64,000 nucleotides of DNA. Source: a virus (lineage: Duplodnaviria; Caudoviricetes). This document shows, in pieces, positions 1-10,268 of the stretch (its first letter is position 1; each line of letters opens with the position of its first letter). The stretch is taken from positions 32,001 through 96,000 of IMG/VR virus record IMGVR_UViG_3300033463_000042; one strand, written 5' to 3'. The notes beneath the pieces were generated by a model that worked only from the letters and a program-made list of their open reading frames with translations, was not told the origin of the DNA and made no database searches. The translations under genes were made by a program, and so were the position numbers.

Positions 1-194
1 CTATCATACATATCAATGTATAATAATTCCGGACGTTTTATTATTATTTCATTATTGTATATTCGTCTATTATATTCTATATAAAAAGATACGAGTGCAT
101 TTATTATATTAGGCAATATTTCCTGTAAATGCATCATTGGTTACCACCTCCCTTATAGCACGGGAATAATATATTTATGTTAAATATAATTAAA

Positions 195-224
195 TGTATA
201 TGCCGGGAATTCCCGGCATATACA
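195..224. terminator. Intrinsic terminator, perfect palindrome
   Basis: TGTATATGCCGGGAATTCCCGGCATATACA, just downstream of the minus-strand gene 234-1259. Confidence 0.75.
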
Positions 225-233
225 ATAATTATT

Positions 234-1259
234 TTAGAAGTCGAGATCATCTCTCTTATTTTCAGAAGTATCTGCAGTTGATGAACTCTTAGGAAGATCT
301 TTGTCCCCCTTGTTTGTTGTACCTGTTGGGGTATCATCGTCATCATCTTCAGATCCCTTTGCTGAACGTGTATCAAAGTGATCGATCTTAGCTTTAAGAT
401 TAGCCATCTTAATGTTATACTTATCGATCATCTTTGTGTAGTTGTGCTCGATACGCTTCTTGCGCTGTGTAGCAGGAATCTTCTTGTATTCATCATAAGC
501 CTTCTTGGTAGCTTCAAGCTCCTTGGAGACTTTCTCATACTGTTCAACTTTCTTATCATATGATCTAGAAAGACATGCTGATATGAGTGATACAGGATTG
601 AGAGAAGCGGCGGTCTTAAAGATACCATTGAGGATGCCAAAGACACCTTCAACGAGACCTACAGCCTTGTTAGCAACAGCAGCTATAGCACTTGCTGCTT
701 CCTGAGTTACAACATAGCTCTCTGTCTTAACCTCATCATTCTTCTTGTCATCCTTAGACTGTTTCTTTTCATCTTTGTTATATGCCTGATATAACTTCTC
801 TGCATATTTATCAAAATCTTTACCATTCTTTCTAACAAAGTCAAGTATTTCCTTTGTCTGATCAGATGGACGCAGCTTCGGTGTAACAAATTCAAGACCA
901 TTTTCAGAAGCCTTGATGTTTGTTTGTATGTACATCAATGCTGAGATCATATATCTGTAACCCATTGAGAAGCTAGCAGTATATATAACATTCTTCGGAT
1001 TTGGTTTAGCCATGAATTCAGGAATCATTTTCTTCCAAACAGGCTTTTTCAATGAAGCAAACATATCCTTGATTGCCGTAACATTGATAGTTGGAATGTT
1101 TTTGACACCATTACCAAGTTCACCGATGTCTTTGGAAAGTGTATCATATAAAGGATGCTTTGTTATATCACCCTTCATTTTATATTCATCACCGCTTTTG
1201 TTTGAATATATACGCTTCAGGTTCTTAGCATCCTTTTTATAGTTATTTTCATTTGCCAT
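234..1259 (-). CDS. Hypothetical protein, probable virion (internal head) protein
   Basis: 341 aa, SD AGGAGG; VVTQE motif shared with neighbours, followed by amphipathic and coiled-coil segments. Confidence 0.55.
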   Translation of the reverse strand: MANENNYKKDAKNLKRIYSNKSGDEYKMKGDITKHPLYDTLSKDIGELGNGVKNIPTINVTAIKDMFASLKKPVWKKMIPEFMAKPNPKNVIYTASFSMGYRYMISALMYIQTNIKASENGLEFVTPKLRPSDQTKEILDFVRKNGKDFDKYAEKLYQAYNKDEKKQSKDDKKNDEVKTESYVVTQEAASAIAAVANKAVGLVEGVFGILNGIFKTAASLNPVSLISACLSRSYDKKVEQYEKVSKELEATKKAYDEYKKIPATQRKKRIEHNYTKMIDKYNIKMANLKAKIDHFDTRSAKGSEDDDDDTPTGTTNKGDKDLPKSSSTADTSENKRDDLDF

Positions 1260-1283
1260 AACTTAATCTTCCTCCTTTCTCAA

Positions 1284-3446
1284 TTACTTGCCGAGAAGCT
1301 TGAACATATCACGAGTCTTTGAACCCATGGTATCAAGTGTTGCAAGCTGTTTGTTTACGGCTGCAAGTGAGTGTACATCATAATCACCATTTATATCAGG
1401 AAGGAGAATTTTGATGGATTCACGATCTGTATCAATGATGATGAGTGAGATGAGGAAGAGTTCACCACAGAACTTCTTAGCTGCGGATGGCTTAAGAAGA
1501 TCAATCTCTGTCTGAGCCTTGATGTTGTCTACATCTGCCTGTGACATGATGATTGAAGCATTAGGAATCATACCATTAAGGAGATTACCCTTACCCTGCT
1601 TGTCTTTGATGAATACCTTGAACAGTGACTTTCCTTCTACAACTGCAGCTGCAGGAGCATCACCCTTCATATGAGCGAGTTCATAAAGACGACGATACCA
1701 TTTTCTGTTAGGATCACGGGAGTCAGCAGCAGTCTGCTTCTTTTCCTTTATACGGAATACGAGATCCTTGAAGAACTTAAGCTCTCCAGCACGCCATTTA
1801 ACCTTACGAGAAATCTTATCCATTTCCTTGAGAGGATATTTAGCAACTTCAGGAAGGATAGAAGCCTGGACCATACGTGTATGACACTTAACACCAACGA
1901 CATACTCTATAGGCTGGAGTGAGTCATTCTTGTTAAGTCTGTTGAGAGTAACTTTCATCAGCAGTGGCTTCATTGTGTTCATCTTAGCACACTTGCTATC
2001 GTCAACATACTGAATACCTGATGTCTTTGTTCTTGCATAGGTATCTGTCCACTGACGAGCATTTATCTCATCCTTGTGAGCTGCATCCCATGCTTTACTT
2101 TCTGCATCAGCTTTACGCTGTTTGATTGTTGATCTCATTGTTGCAAGATTTGTTGCTGCTGTTACACCGGTATTGAGAGCTCCCGCTGCAGCACCAATTG
2201 CTTCACTACCAGTTTTTATAGCATCCATTGCCTTGTAATAATTATCTGTAGCCTTTTCAGCATTTCTTCTAGCAACTGCGGCGTTACTTTCTGCGGTATC
2301 TGCATCCCATTTAGCTCTGTTGCGTTGTGCGGCAACTGTATCTTTGTACGATGGAGCACCAGGAATATCACCAATATCAATACCGGTTTTTCTAGCAGAA
2401 GCATCGAAGTTTGCTGCTTGTTTGTTAAACATATTAGTTTGAGCAGCTGTATTTGCTGCTGCATTTGCAGCTTTTATTCTCGCATCTTCGACACCGCGCA
2501 TAGTCAGTTCCATTGCTGCTTTAAATCCAGGATACTTCTGATCGAGAGCTGCAATCGAATTTCTTACATCGTCATATCTATGATTGGAATAAAATTCCTT
2601 TGGTGTTTGCATGCCACATATCTTACCAATATTATCCATAATGGCTTTATCTGCGGCATTGGCTCTTTTATTTGTTTCATATACAGTCATATTATCAGGC
2701 AACTCATATATCTTACATGTATTCTGAAGACCATCGATGAGTTGATCAATTGTACCGGGAGTGTAACCCCTATCATCTAAGATCTGTCTTATCTCAGGAA
2801 CAGTAGCAAACTGTAAATGATCAGGATCGATTATGGGATTAAAATGTCCCTGTGAAGGATCATTTGGATCCAAATACTGAATTCCCGTGTCTTGCGGTAT
2901 TGGATATAGGTGTACATCCGTCAAAGCAAGATCAATAGGAGCCTCCTGGAAGTAATGATCAAACTCTGAGAGAGGCTGATAGTCATAAGCTTCATTGATG
3001 AGCTGAGCTTCCTTGTCATCAATAGACATAAGATCAAACTCCATCTTGACCTCTTCATTTATATATTCAGCATGACAAACATCGTGCTGATATGTTGTGT
3101 CGGTATACTCCAAATACTTGTTAGTGTTAGTCTTGTAATTAGCAAACTGAACACCACGAGCAGAATCTTCAGCATCAATGATAGGATTGATACTCATAGC
3201 CATCTGGAGATATGTTGCATAGATCTGTTCGAGCAATGAAGTTGTAGCAGTTGCATAATCCAGAGGGATTGTATTCGAAATGAATACTGGGAACTCAAAC
3301 AGATTTCCCTGAGCGGCCTTTACTATGGAACCCTTACGAGGGCCTTTTCTAAACTTGGCTGTAGCATCATCAACTCGGTTTATATAGCCGACAGCTTCAT
3401 CGTTAGCGGTAGCAAATCTTGTTAAGATATCTACGTCTTTTGCCAT
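1284..3446 (-). CDS. Probable virion structural protein
   Basis: 720 aa in structural operon; YFQE motif; Ala-rich helical middle region. Confidence 0.5.
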   Translation of the reverse strand: MAKDVDILTRFATANDEAVGYINRVDDATAKFRKGPRKGSIVKAAQGNLFEFPVFISNTIPLDYATATTSLLEQIYATYLQMAMSINPIIDAEDSARGVQFANYKTNTNKYLEYTDTTYQHDVCHAEYINEEVKMEFDLMSIDDKEAQLINEAYDYQPLSEFDHYFQEAPIDLALTDVHLYPIPQDTGIQYLDPNDPSQGHFNPIIDPDHLQFATVPEIRQILDDRGYTPGTIDQLIDGLQNTCKIYELPDNMTVYETNKRANAADKAIMDNIGKICGMQTPKEFYSNHRYDDVRNSIAALDQKYPGFKAAMELTMRGVEDARIKAANAAANTAAQTNMFNKQAANFDASARKTGIDIGDIPGAPSYKDTVAAQRNRAKWDADTAESNAAVARRNAEKATDNYYKAMDAIKTGSEAIGAAAGALNTGVTAATNLATMRSTIKQRKADAESKAWDAAHKDEINARQWTDTYARTKTSGIQYVDDSKCAKMNTMKPLLMKVTLNRLNKNDSLQPIEYVVGVKCHTRMVQASILPEVAKYPLKEMDKISRKVKWRAGELKFFKDLVFRIKEKKQTAADSRDPNRKWYRRLYELAHMKGDAPAAAVVEGKSLFKVFIKDKQGKGNLLNGMIPNASIIMSQADVDNIKAQTEIDLLKPSAAKKFCGELFLISLIIIDTDRESIKILLPDINGDYDVHSLAAVNKQLATLDTMGSKTRDMFKLLGK

Positions 3447-3465
3447 TTCACATTACACTACCTTT

Positions 3466-4047
3466 CTATTTAAATTTATTTAAACGCATAACGTTTCTGA
3501 TTGAATCAGGCATTTCTTCCATATAAGTAATCGTGATCTCATATCTCGGATTTAGAGAATAATACTTATTGGACTTGGATTCAATTATCAAGCAGTCGTT
3601 TTCCATGATTCCTACATGGCCACGCTTTTCATTTGGTTGCATCATATCATAAATAGCCTTGTCATAGTTGTCGACATCACCTGTGTTTACCCAAGGTCTG
3701 AGAACACGCTGTTCAGCGAGGATAGTCTGTGTCTTAGTAAATGACATTGGAGTTTTACAGAAGATATCAGCTTCTATCTTACAAGGAGTATCTATGAATA
3801 AACCATTCAACTTAGGTCTGACATTTCTATCAAAGAATGATTGATTCTTTGCAGCACCCGGAACGTATACACGATACCCACACAAACGTGGGCGGTGTGA
3901 TGGTTCTGGTATCAAAGGAATTGTAAATTTTATCTTCTTCCATTTGATATTGGTATATACAGCCAATATGGAAGAGACGTTTTGTTTTACAGAATTAGAG
4001 GCACTCATTACGAGTGCCTCCAATGTCTCTTTGTTATTATTCATCAT
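3466..4047 (-). CDS. rusA: RusA-like Holliday junction resolvase
   Basis: PxPxxRPR N-terminal motif; GDVDNYDKAIYD and ENDCLI match the RusA DxDNxxK..D / DD pattern. Confidence 0.75.
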   Translation of the reverse strand: MMNNNKETLEALVMSASNSVKQNVSSILAVYTNIKWKKIKFTIPLIPEPSHRPRLCGYRVYVPGAAKNQSFFDRNVRPKLNGLFIDTPCKIEADIFCKTPMSFTKTQTILAEQRVLRPWVNTGDVDNYDKAIYDMMQPNEKRGHVGIMENDCLIIESKSNKYYSLNPRYEITITYMEEMPDSIRNVMRLNKFK

Positions 4048-4053
4048 GATTTA

Positions 4054-5061
4054 TTAGAGTCTGTCAGCATGCTTCTGAACGAACTTCTCTTCAGCTTCTG
4101 CAGCCTTCTTAGCGGTAGTCACTTTTCCAGTGCTTGTAGGCTTTACACCGATACCATGCTTTTCACCATTGTTATCCGTGTAATTGAGGCTGTATATAGC
4201 ACTCTGAACCTTATCCAAAGTCAATGAGACACGTTTCCATGCTTTAGATTCAAGCTTATTGAATGCCGCAAGAACTCTGATTGAACCATCAGAAGAGTTT
4301 GGATCTGGATCCTTGTCAACGATTATACCAATATCTGTGAGAATGGCCTTATAGCATTTCTCATACTGGCTATTATAATCACCCAGTTCGTAGTTACGTA
4401 AAGCATTCTTATCATAAACACATAGTTTGTTTACTTCTTCAACGATCTTGTTTGCTTCCTGATCAGAACCAGGGTTGTTGAGGAATTTGGCTATTTTCTT
4501 AACCATATCAACAATTGGTTCAATTGGAGGTGCATCGAAGTAAACCTTGCCGCCGTTCTTGATCGCTATTGTTGCGAGGGCGTTATGAACCTTTGTAGCA
4601 TTCTCTTCACTGGAATCAGCCATTTTCCTCAGCTCATCCTGGATTTCGGCGTCAGTTCTGTTATCACTAGCTTTCTTGACAATAAGAGCTGCACCTGCTG
4701 CTGCAGTTGTTACACCTGCAACAATACCCAGCTTCTTAAGCTTAGATTTCTTTTTCTCGTCAACCTTAGTAGGATTTGTCTCTTCAGACTTCTTGAACTT
4801 TGCAGCAATAGCAGCAAACATTCTCTTGATTGCATTAATGAGACCGCCTTTAGCAGCTTCTTTCTTTTCTTCCTTGGACTTCTTCTTGTCCTTGTCATCA
4901 CCAGATTCCTGGAAGATAGCAAAGCCTTCTGCTTCACCAGTAACGTCATCACTTTCGAGAATGGCAATAGCCTTCAGGTAACCCTGAGCCAAAGCATATG
5001 CTGTATCGAATTCAGATTCGAGTACAACATCATCAATTGCATTAAAAATCATTTCATTCAT
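4054..5061 (-). CDS. Probable internal head protein with N-terminal propeptide
   Basis: 335 aa; ~55 aa leader ending IFQES resembles that of 5083-7389; basic patch then hydrophobic helix. Confidence 0.55.
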   Translation of the reverse strand: MNEMIFNAIDDVVLESEFDTAYALAQGYLKAIAILESDDVTGEAEGFAIFQESGDDKDKKKSKEEKKEAAKGGLINAIKRMFAAIAAKFKKSEETNPTKVDEKKKSKLKKLGIVAGVTTAAAGAALIVKKASDNRTDAEIQDELRKMADSSEENATKVHNALATIAIKNGGKVYFDAPPIEPIVDMVKKIAKFLNNPGSDQEANKIVEEVNKLCVYDKNALRNYELGDYNSQYEKCYKAILTDIGIIVDKDPDPNSSDGSIRVLAAFNKLESKAWKRVSLTLDKVQSAIYSLNYTDNNGEKHGIGVKPTSTGKVTTAKKAAEAEEKFVQKHADRL

Positions 5062-5082
5062 TTTTAATAAACCTCTTTTCTA

Positions 5083-7389
5083 TTAAAATATATCAGATGT
5101 ACTTACGCTCTTGATAGGCATGTTATTCTTAGCAAGCCACTTGTTAAGACCCTTATTGAAGTCTTCCATAAACTCAGGAGCGAGATGTTTAATTTGTGCT
5201 TTCGTAAGTTGATTCTCTGCCTTGTTAACACCCTTATTGGATGATACGATATATGACAGATATTTCAAAATGTTCGGATCAGTGATCTTTCCTGAATCAA
5301 GCATTTGTTTAGCGAGATTATATGACATAGTCTCACGTGACATTGTTGTTGCATGAACATCGAACTTGCCGCTATTAACAGCATTTCTCATGTAATGGTT
5401 CTTCAACCAATCCTGTACATCGGCTGTTAAATGTATAGGAAGTTTATACATAGCAGCACACATATCACACATTGTCTCTTCGTTGGACTTCTCTAACATA
5501 AGATTCTGGATATCATTGGTTGACGCAAATAAACCAAGTATAGCCCAACCTCCACCAATCATCATGTTGAACTTGTTGACAATTGTTGACAATGCTACCT
5601 GAATAGCACCCTTATATGTACTGATACCAGAACCAACGTCTACAGCATCTTTCAAGAGATTCTTATCTTTGTTGATCTGTGAGTTGTCAACGGTCATGTT
5701 ATCTTCATCTTTAGCAACCAGCTCTGTAAATTCTTGAACCTTTGCGGGATCATCGACTATACCAGCAAGATAGTTGAGACGCGCTTCAGTCTTTTCAAAA
5801 GCTGCAATATGATCATTACGCGAAACACCGATAGCACTAGTATACTGTGCAAAGCTATTAATGAATATACTAAAGATCTTTACATAGATATCAGAAGCAA
5901 GAGAGAAAGCTCTCTTAAATGCAGCAACAACTTTACCACCATAAGTACCTGCCAACAAAGCAATGTTGTGGAAGATTTCATGACAAATGATAGCCACCTG
6001 CATCTGACCTGCGACTTTGGGTGAGGTATCATAACAGAACTGTGTATCATTATAGATGGTAAGTTTTGCTCCACCAAGATCAAAGCCCTTATATCTATTG
6101 AACTTGATGCTTCCTTCTTTACCCTTGATAGAGTATTGGGTTGGAGTAGCACCGCCACCTTTATACATCTTCACATCAAGACTACAGTTGAATTGTGTTT
6201 CAATGTATCCTAACGCGGAGTTGTAATTATGATTTCCTTTTGCATGTTCATTGAGCTTATCCTTTTCAGGACATTTGTCAATGAATTCATTGAATTGTTC
6301 GATAGCCTTTGATAAGTTTGAAGTATCAATGTCATAGATGTCAACGTAATTGTCCAGTTTAAGAGGTTTATAAGTTACCTTTCCGGCTTTCTTTACCTCT
6401 CTCTTAGAGAAGTTCTCTGGATTAGCAAGTATCTCAAGTACCTGATGGAGTTTGTCATTGAACTTTGTTACGAGTTCAAGATCACTCTGACTGCGTTTAA
6501 CGAGGGTCTCAACACGTTTAACGAATTCATACGTTTTACCACCCTTGACCTGAATACCAGGCATCGCAGAATTACCATTCCACCAAGTCTGGACAAACGC
6601 ACCGAGTTCACCGATCTTCTTACCATATTCCTCAATGGTATTACAGATGTCATTCTTGAAGTAGTTATCCCATGATTCAATAGTGAAATCTCTTTCACTA
6701 ATACGAGCCTGGTTGATGACAACGTAATCAAGAAGTTTGATCATGCCTTCGATACCTGTTCTAGGTTCATTCTTAAATGGTTCAAAAGCGTTACTGAATT
6801 CGGAGTTAAACTTCTTCATTCCATCGATCTTGTAGAACGGGAACTGAACACGAATTTCTGACAAGTCATCAGCAATCTGGAAGTTTACGTCATCCTTGAA
6901 CTCTACGGCAGGACCATAATCCTTGATACGGAATATGAGTGTACCACCAGCTGTAACACCACAAGCAACGCTTGCACCTATGATGAGCTTATAGACAGGG
7001 GACTTCTTCTTCTCCTTCTTAATGCTCTCAATAGCTTTCTTAGATACATCTTTGCCCTGTGAGATTCTTTGTAAATTGTACTTATTTCTTGCATGAGTAA
7101 TCTTATTCTTGATGGCATCAACAAATGCCATGATAAGACGAGGTAAGAACTTGATAACACGCATTATAGCGTTATCATCCTTACCTTTCTCTTTGACCTG
7201 GTCAAGGATCTCTCCTTCTTGGAAGATGGAGAAACCCTCGAGTTCTTCACCCCTGTATTCTTCAAGGATAACACTCTGCTTGATCAACTGACCGTAGATT
7301 GACAAGCAGACATCAAGGTCACTCTCTTGAGTAACAACTTCGACGTTGTCTATCGCTTCCAGCACATTAGACGCGATTGAAGTATTCAT
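5083..7389 (-). CDS. Probable internal head protein with C-terminal zincin-like metallopeptidase domain
   Basis: 768 aa; leader ending IFQEG; HEIFH (HExxH) plus downstream EETMCD and DVH, as in M48/M56-like peptidases. Confidence 0.55.
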   Translation of the reverse strand: MNTSIASNVLEAIDNVEVVTQESDLDVCLSIYGQLIKQSVILEEYRGEELEGFSIFQEGEILDQVKEKGKDDNAIMRVIKFLPRLIMAFVDAIKNKITHARNKYNLQRISQGKDVSKKAIESIKKEKKKSPVYKLIIGASVACGVTAGGTLIFRIKDYGPAVEFKDDVNFQIADDLSEIRVQFPFYKIDGMKKFNSEFSNAFEPFKNEPRTGIEGMIKLLDYVVINQARISERDFTIESWDNYFKNDICNTIEEYGKKIGELGAFVQTWWNGNSAMPGIQVKGGKTYEFVKRVETLVKRSQSDLELVTKFNDKLHQVLEILANPENFSKREVKKAGKVTYKPLKLDNYVDIYDIDTSNLSKAIEQFNEFIDKCPEKDKLNEHAKGNHNYNSALGYIETQFNCSLDVKMYKGGGATPTQYSIKGKEGSIKFNRYKGFDLGGAKLTIYNDTQFCYDTSPKVAGQMQVAIICHEIFHNIALLAGTYGGKVVAAFKRAFSLASDIYVKIFSIFINSFAQYTSAIGVSRNDHIAAFEKTEARLNYLAGIVDDPAKVQEFTELVAKDEDNMTVDNSQINKDKNLLKDAVDVGSGISTYKGAIQVALSTIVNKFNMMIGGGWAILGLFASTNDIQNLMLEKSNEETMCDMCAAMYKLPIHLTADVQDWLKNHYMRNAVNSGKFDVHATTMSRETMSYNLAKQMLDSGKITDPNILKYLSYIVSSNKGVNKAENQLTKAQIKHLAPEFMEDFNKGLNKWLAKNNMPIKSVSTSDIF

Positions 7390-7403
7390 AAAAAATCATC
7401 TCC

Positions 7404-8678
7404 TTAATTGCCATATATACGGTAACTGATGATGATCTTCCAGTTAGATTGTAACGGGATTGATTTGAATGTATAGTATGTAACCAGTTTGATTCTCTGA
7501 GCTTCATCTACAGTCATTCCATCAAATGCAGCATCAGCTAAATAGGTCAAAAACTTATCAGTCTCGTAAACAAACTCATGACTCTGGTTGTACATTGCTA
7601 CAACTTCGATATTGGAATCACTGCTAAGTGCACGCATGATATCCTCATAGAGAACATTACCTGCGGACATACCTGAAACAGATTCCATTACGTCAGTGAA
7701 AGCATTAATGTTTACCTGCTGAGCCGAATAAGTTGTCTGTGAAAGAACTGTATAGATTTCCTGTGCAAGACCTATTACTTCAGTGTCGTATTCTTCAGTG
7801 GTTTCTGATGGAGCACCGAAAATAAGTGCAAGGATCTTCTTGATGTCGTCCTCATACAGCTTCTCCGCAACCGATCTTGTACCAGGAACAGTGTCGAATG
7901 CAACAAGACCAAGTTCGTTGATTACTGGTGTGAGGTTATTTCCTTCATTCTCAAAGAAACCAAGACAGTCACCATTCTTTGTATCAATGGACATAGTTAC
8001 TTCAGCATATGTTTCGATACGATTTGTCTTAGGTGTAGCCCCACCAGGACCGAGATCAGCCTGAGTAATAGGATCAATGTAATCCCACTGCTGACCATCT
8101 TTCCACCAGTTGTGATAGATGTGTGCACGCTCATCAAATTTCTTGATGAAGTATTTCTTGGAACCCTGAGTACGCATTACACCAAGATACTTACCAGCAC
8201 TACCAGCAGGGATATCACCCATCTGGAAAGGTATAGGATAACGAAGCTTGATGTAAGAATAGTCTGTATTCTTTGTGGAGATTGCATCCTCACCAGAACC
8301 CTGGCAACCTACCATGAATCCCTGGATGAAGTGATCAGCAGATATATCACCTTCCATGTGAGTATACTGTGACTCAGGATCCAGACCTATATTGAGCTGG
8401 TCTGATTCATTTAAGTCAGGTACAACTGTTGATGTATCCTTACCAATGTCTTCGTAAGAAGATGATGAATCATGCTTGGAATCAAGATATAAACCAAACA
8501 GTTTCATCAGACAATACTGCATTCCAGATATAGGAATGATATTGTCATTTTCATACCAGAGAGTCCTTTCCTTTGTATCACGATCTTCTACCTCGATCTT
8601 TACATGACCACGGAGACCGATCTTATGATCCATATCTTTGAAAGACAGTTCATCTCTGAATTCTTTATTCATATTCAT
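7404..8678 (-). CDS. Probable tail/baseplate structural protein (tail-collar-like)
   Basis: 424 aa; LRGHVKI, INELGL and YYTF..IP motifs typical of fibre-attachment proteins; structural operon. Confidence 0.45.
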   Translation of the reverse strand: MNMNKEFRDELSFKDMDHKIGLRGHVKIEVEDRDTKERTLWYENDNIIPISGMQYCLMKLFGLYLDSKHDSSSSYEDIGKDTSTVVPDLNESDQLNIGLDPESQYTHMEGDISADHFIQGFMVGCQGSGEDAISTKNTDYSYIKLRYPIPFQMGDIPAGSAGKYLGVMRTQGSKKYFIKKFDERAHIYHNWWKDGQQWDYIDPITQADLGPGGATPKTNRIETYAEVTMSIDTKNGDCLGFFENEGNNLTPVINELGLVAFDTVPGTRSVAEKLYEDDIKKILALIFGAPSETTEEYDTEVIGLAQEIYTVLSQTTYSAQQVNINAFTDVMESVSGMSAGNVLYEDIMRALSSDSNIEVVAMYNQSHEFVYETDKFLTYLADAAFDGMTVDEAQRIKLVTYYTFKSIPLQSNWKIIISYRIYGN

Positions 8679-8693
8679 TTATATTAAACCTCC

Positions 8694-9395
8694 TTATTGT
8701 TGTTGAGTTGCATATTCTTGTCCTACGACGAACTCTGGCACCTCGGAATATAAACACGTTAGAGTCATTGATTTAACCCAATACGCATTTCCTGGAGGGT
8801 TATCATCGGACAGGTATTTTATATCCTTTATCATGAACAGAACCTTCGTTGTCATTGAACTATTTCCAGCACGTGTACCATCTTCTGTTGCAACATAACC
8901 ACCACCAGATTTGTTAACTTTTCTGAATGTGGGGTTTATAACGAGTTGCAGCATCTCTTCAGCATTAGGTCTGAATGATGACATATTTTGACCATTCTGC
9001 GCCAAAGGAAAGTTCATCTCATTCATTATGTCAGTTACTGTCTTAACAGTGGATGTATAGGTTATTGTTGTATCGTTTCTAGCACCTGCAGTATACAATC
9101 CATATGTGAATATGAGATTGACTACTTCTCTATCGATGTCGATAAAGTTATTAATGACTGCAGGAGAAACACTATTACTGATTCTTGTGCCGGGGCCAGT
9201 AATGGTTGTCCATCCATCGGGTGTGGAACCGGGAGCACCATTAAGTTGATCAACGTATAAACCTTTCTGTCCATCAGTACCTTCAGAAACAACACGGATA
9301 TTATCACCGGCAAATTTTACCGAGAGTTTATTATCTGCAGTAAAGCCGAGACCATCACCAACACTGATAGTGAGTCTGTAATTGTTGTTAGGCAT
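8694..9395 (-). CDS. Small tail-fibre-associated protein
   Basis: 233 aa; VGDGLGF..NKLSV and GLYV fibre-shaft-like motifs; translationally coupled (TAATG). Confidence 0.45.
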   Translation of the reverse strand: MPNNNYRLTISVGDGLGFTADNKLSVKFAGDNIRVVSEGTDGQKGLYVDQLNGAPGSTPDGWTTITGPGTRISNSVSPAVINNFIDIDREVVNLIFTYGLYTAGARNDTTITYTSTVKTVTDIMNEMNFPLAQNGQNMSSFRPNAEEMLQLVINPTFRKVNKSGGGYVATEDGTRAGNSSMTTKVLFMIKDIKYLSDDNPPGNAYWVKSMTLTCLYSEVPEFVVGQEYATQQQ

Positions 9396-9766
9396 TACTG
9401 TCCACCCCCAGCTTGATCGATGATGTATTTGGCCAAACAGTTAGCATCAATGTTTCCATTGGTAAGTTTGGTTACAACAACACCGTCGTTGTTATGAATG
9501 AATGCTGAGCTACCAGTGTATTTCTTATGACGAGATACTGTTGAATTCAATCCAGCAGTTGTCATAGGATCCATTGAGGTTGTTGTTCCGAATCCATTTC
9601 CAGGAAGATTGAAAATCCCGGATCCAGAAGATCCGGGAGTTGCAATCAAGTTACCAGAGGAATCGAACGACAATCCATTATCAGCATCAGCAGACAATTT
9701 AAGTTTAATCTTACCATTTGAATCTTCGGTAAGAGTTGTTTCGTCTACATTAACTTTGAATCTCAT
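9395..9766 (-). CDS. Small tail-fibre-associated protein
   Basis: Start moved to ATG 9766 (SD AAGGAGG); DNGLSFDSSGNL shaft-like motif. Confidence 0.45.
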   Translation of the reverse strand: MRFKVNVDETTLTEDSNGKIKLKLSADADNGLSFDSSGNLIATPGSSGSGIFNLPGNGFGTTTSMDPMTTAGLNSTVSRHKKYTGSSAFIHNNDGVVVTKLTNGNIDANCLAKYIIDQAGGGQ

Positions 9767-9779
9767 GTAATTCCTCCTT

Positions 9780-10262
9780 TCAATTACATGGGGCATTTAC
9801 AGGAACCGATGCTAATAGTGGAGGATTTTGATCCTGATCCCACAGTACATGTGTTCCATCGGTTTTTAATACGAGATAATACTTGTAAACACCATTCGCT
9901 GTATCCAATACACGATACATATCACCAGGGAATATGCGATCACATTCCCTAAGAGATATATCATGACCATCTTCATATTCACATGTGAATACTCTATGAG
10001 TTATCATTGGAGCCACAAGACGTTTATTGTAGTCATTGGTTAATTCATCTTTGTAAGGATAGTCTACACCGGATACAATGCCACCCTGACTTGAACGATA
10101 CTTATCAGGATAACCACCAGATCCAGTAGCTGCTTGTTTCTTAGCATATAAACCATCACTATGAGTCTCCAGCGAATTAAGATTCGCCAGAGACCTTCTT
10201 ACTCTAAGAGCGTTGTATGCTGTTTCCAAAGAGTAATTAGTGTTTAATGATATCTTTGGCAT
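9780..10262 (-). CDS. Small tail-fibre-associated protein
   Basis: 160 aa; SxxxxNxLxxxxDGLY motif; directly downstream of the dockerin fibre gene. Confidence 0.4.
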   Translation of the reverse strand: MPKISLNTNYSLETAYNALRVRRSLANLNSLETHSDGLYAKKQAATGSGGYPDKYRSSQGGIVSGVDYPYKDELTNDYNKRLVAPMITHRVFTCEYEDGHDISLRECDRIFPGDMYRVLDTANGVYKYYLVLKTDGTHVLWDQDQNPPLLASVPVNAPCN

Positions 10263-10268
10263 ACATCA

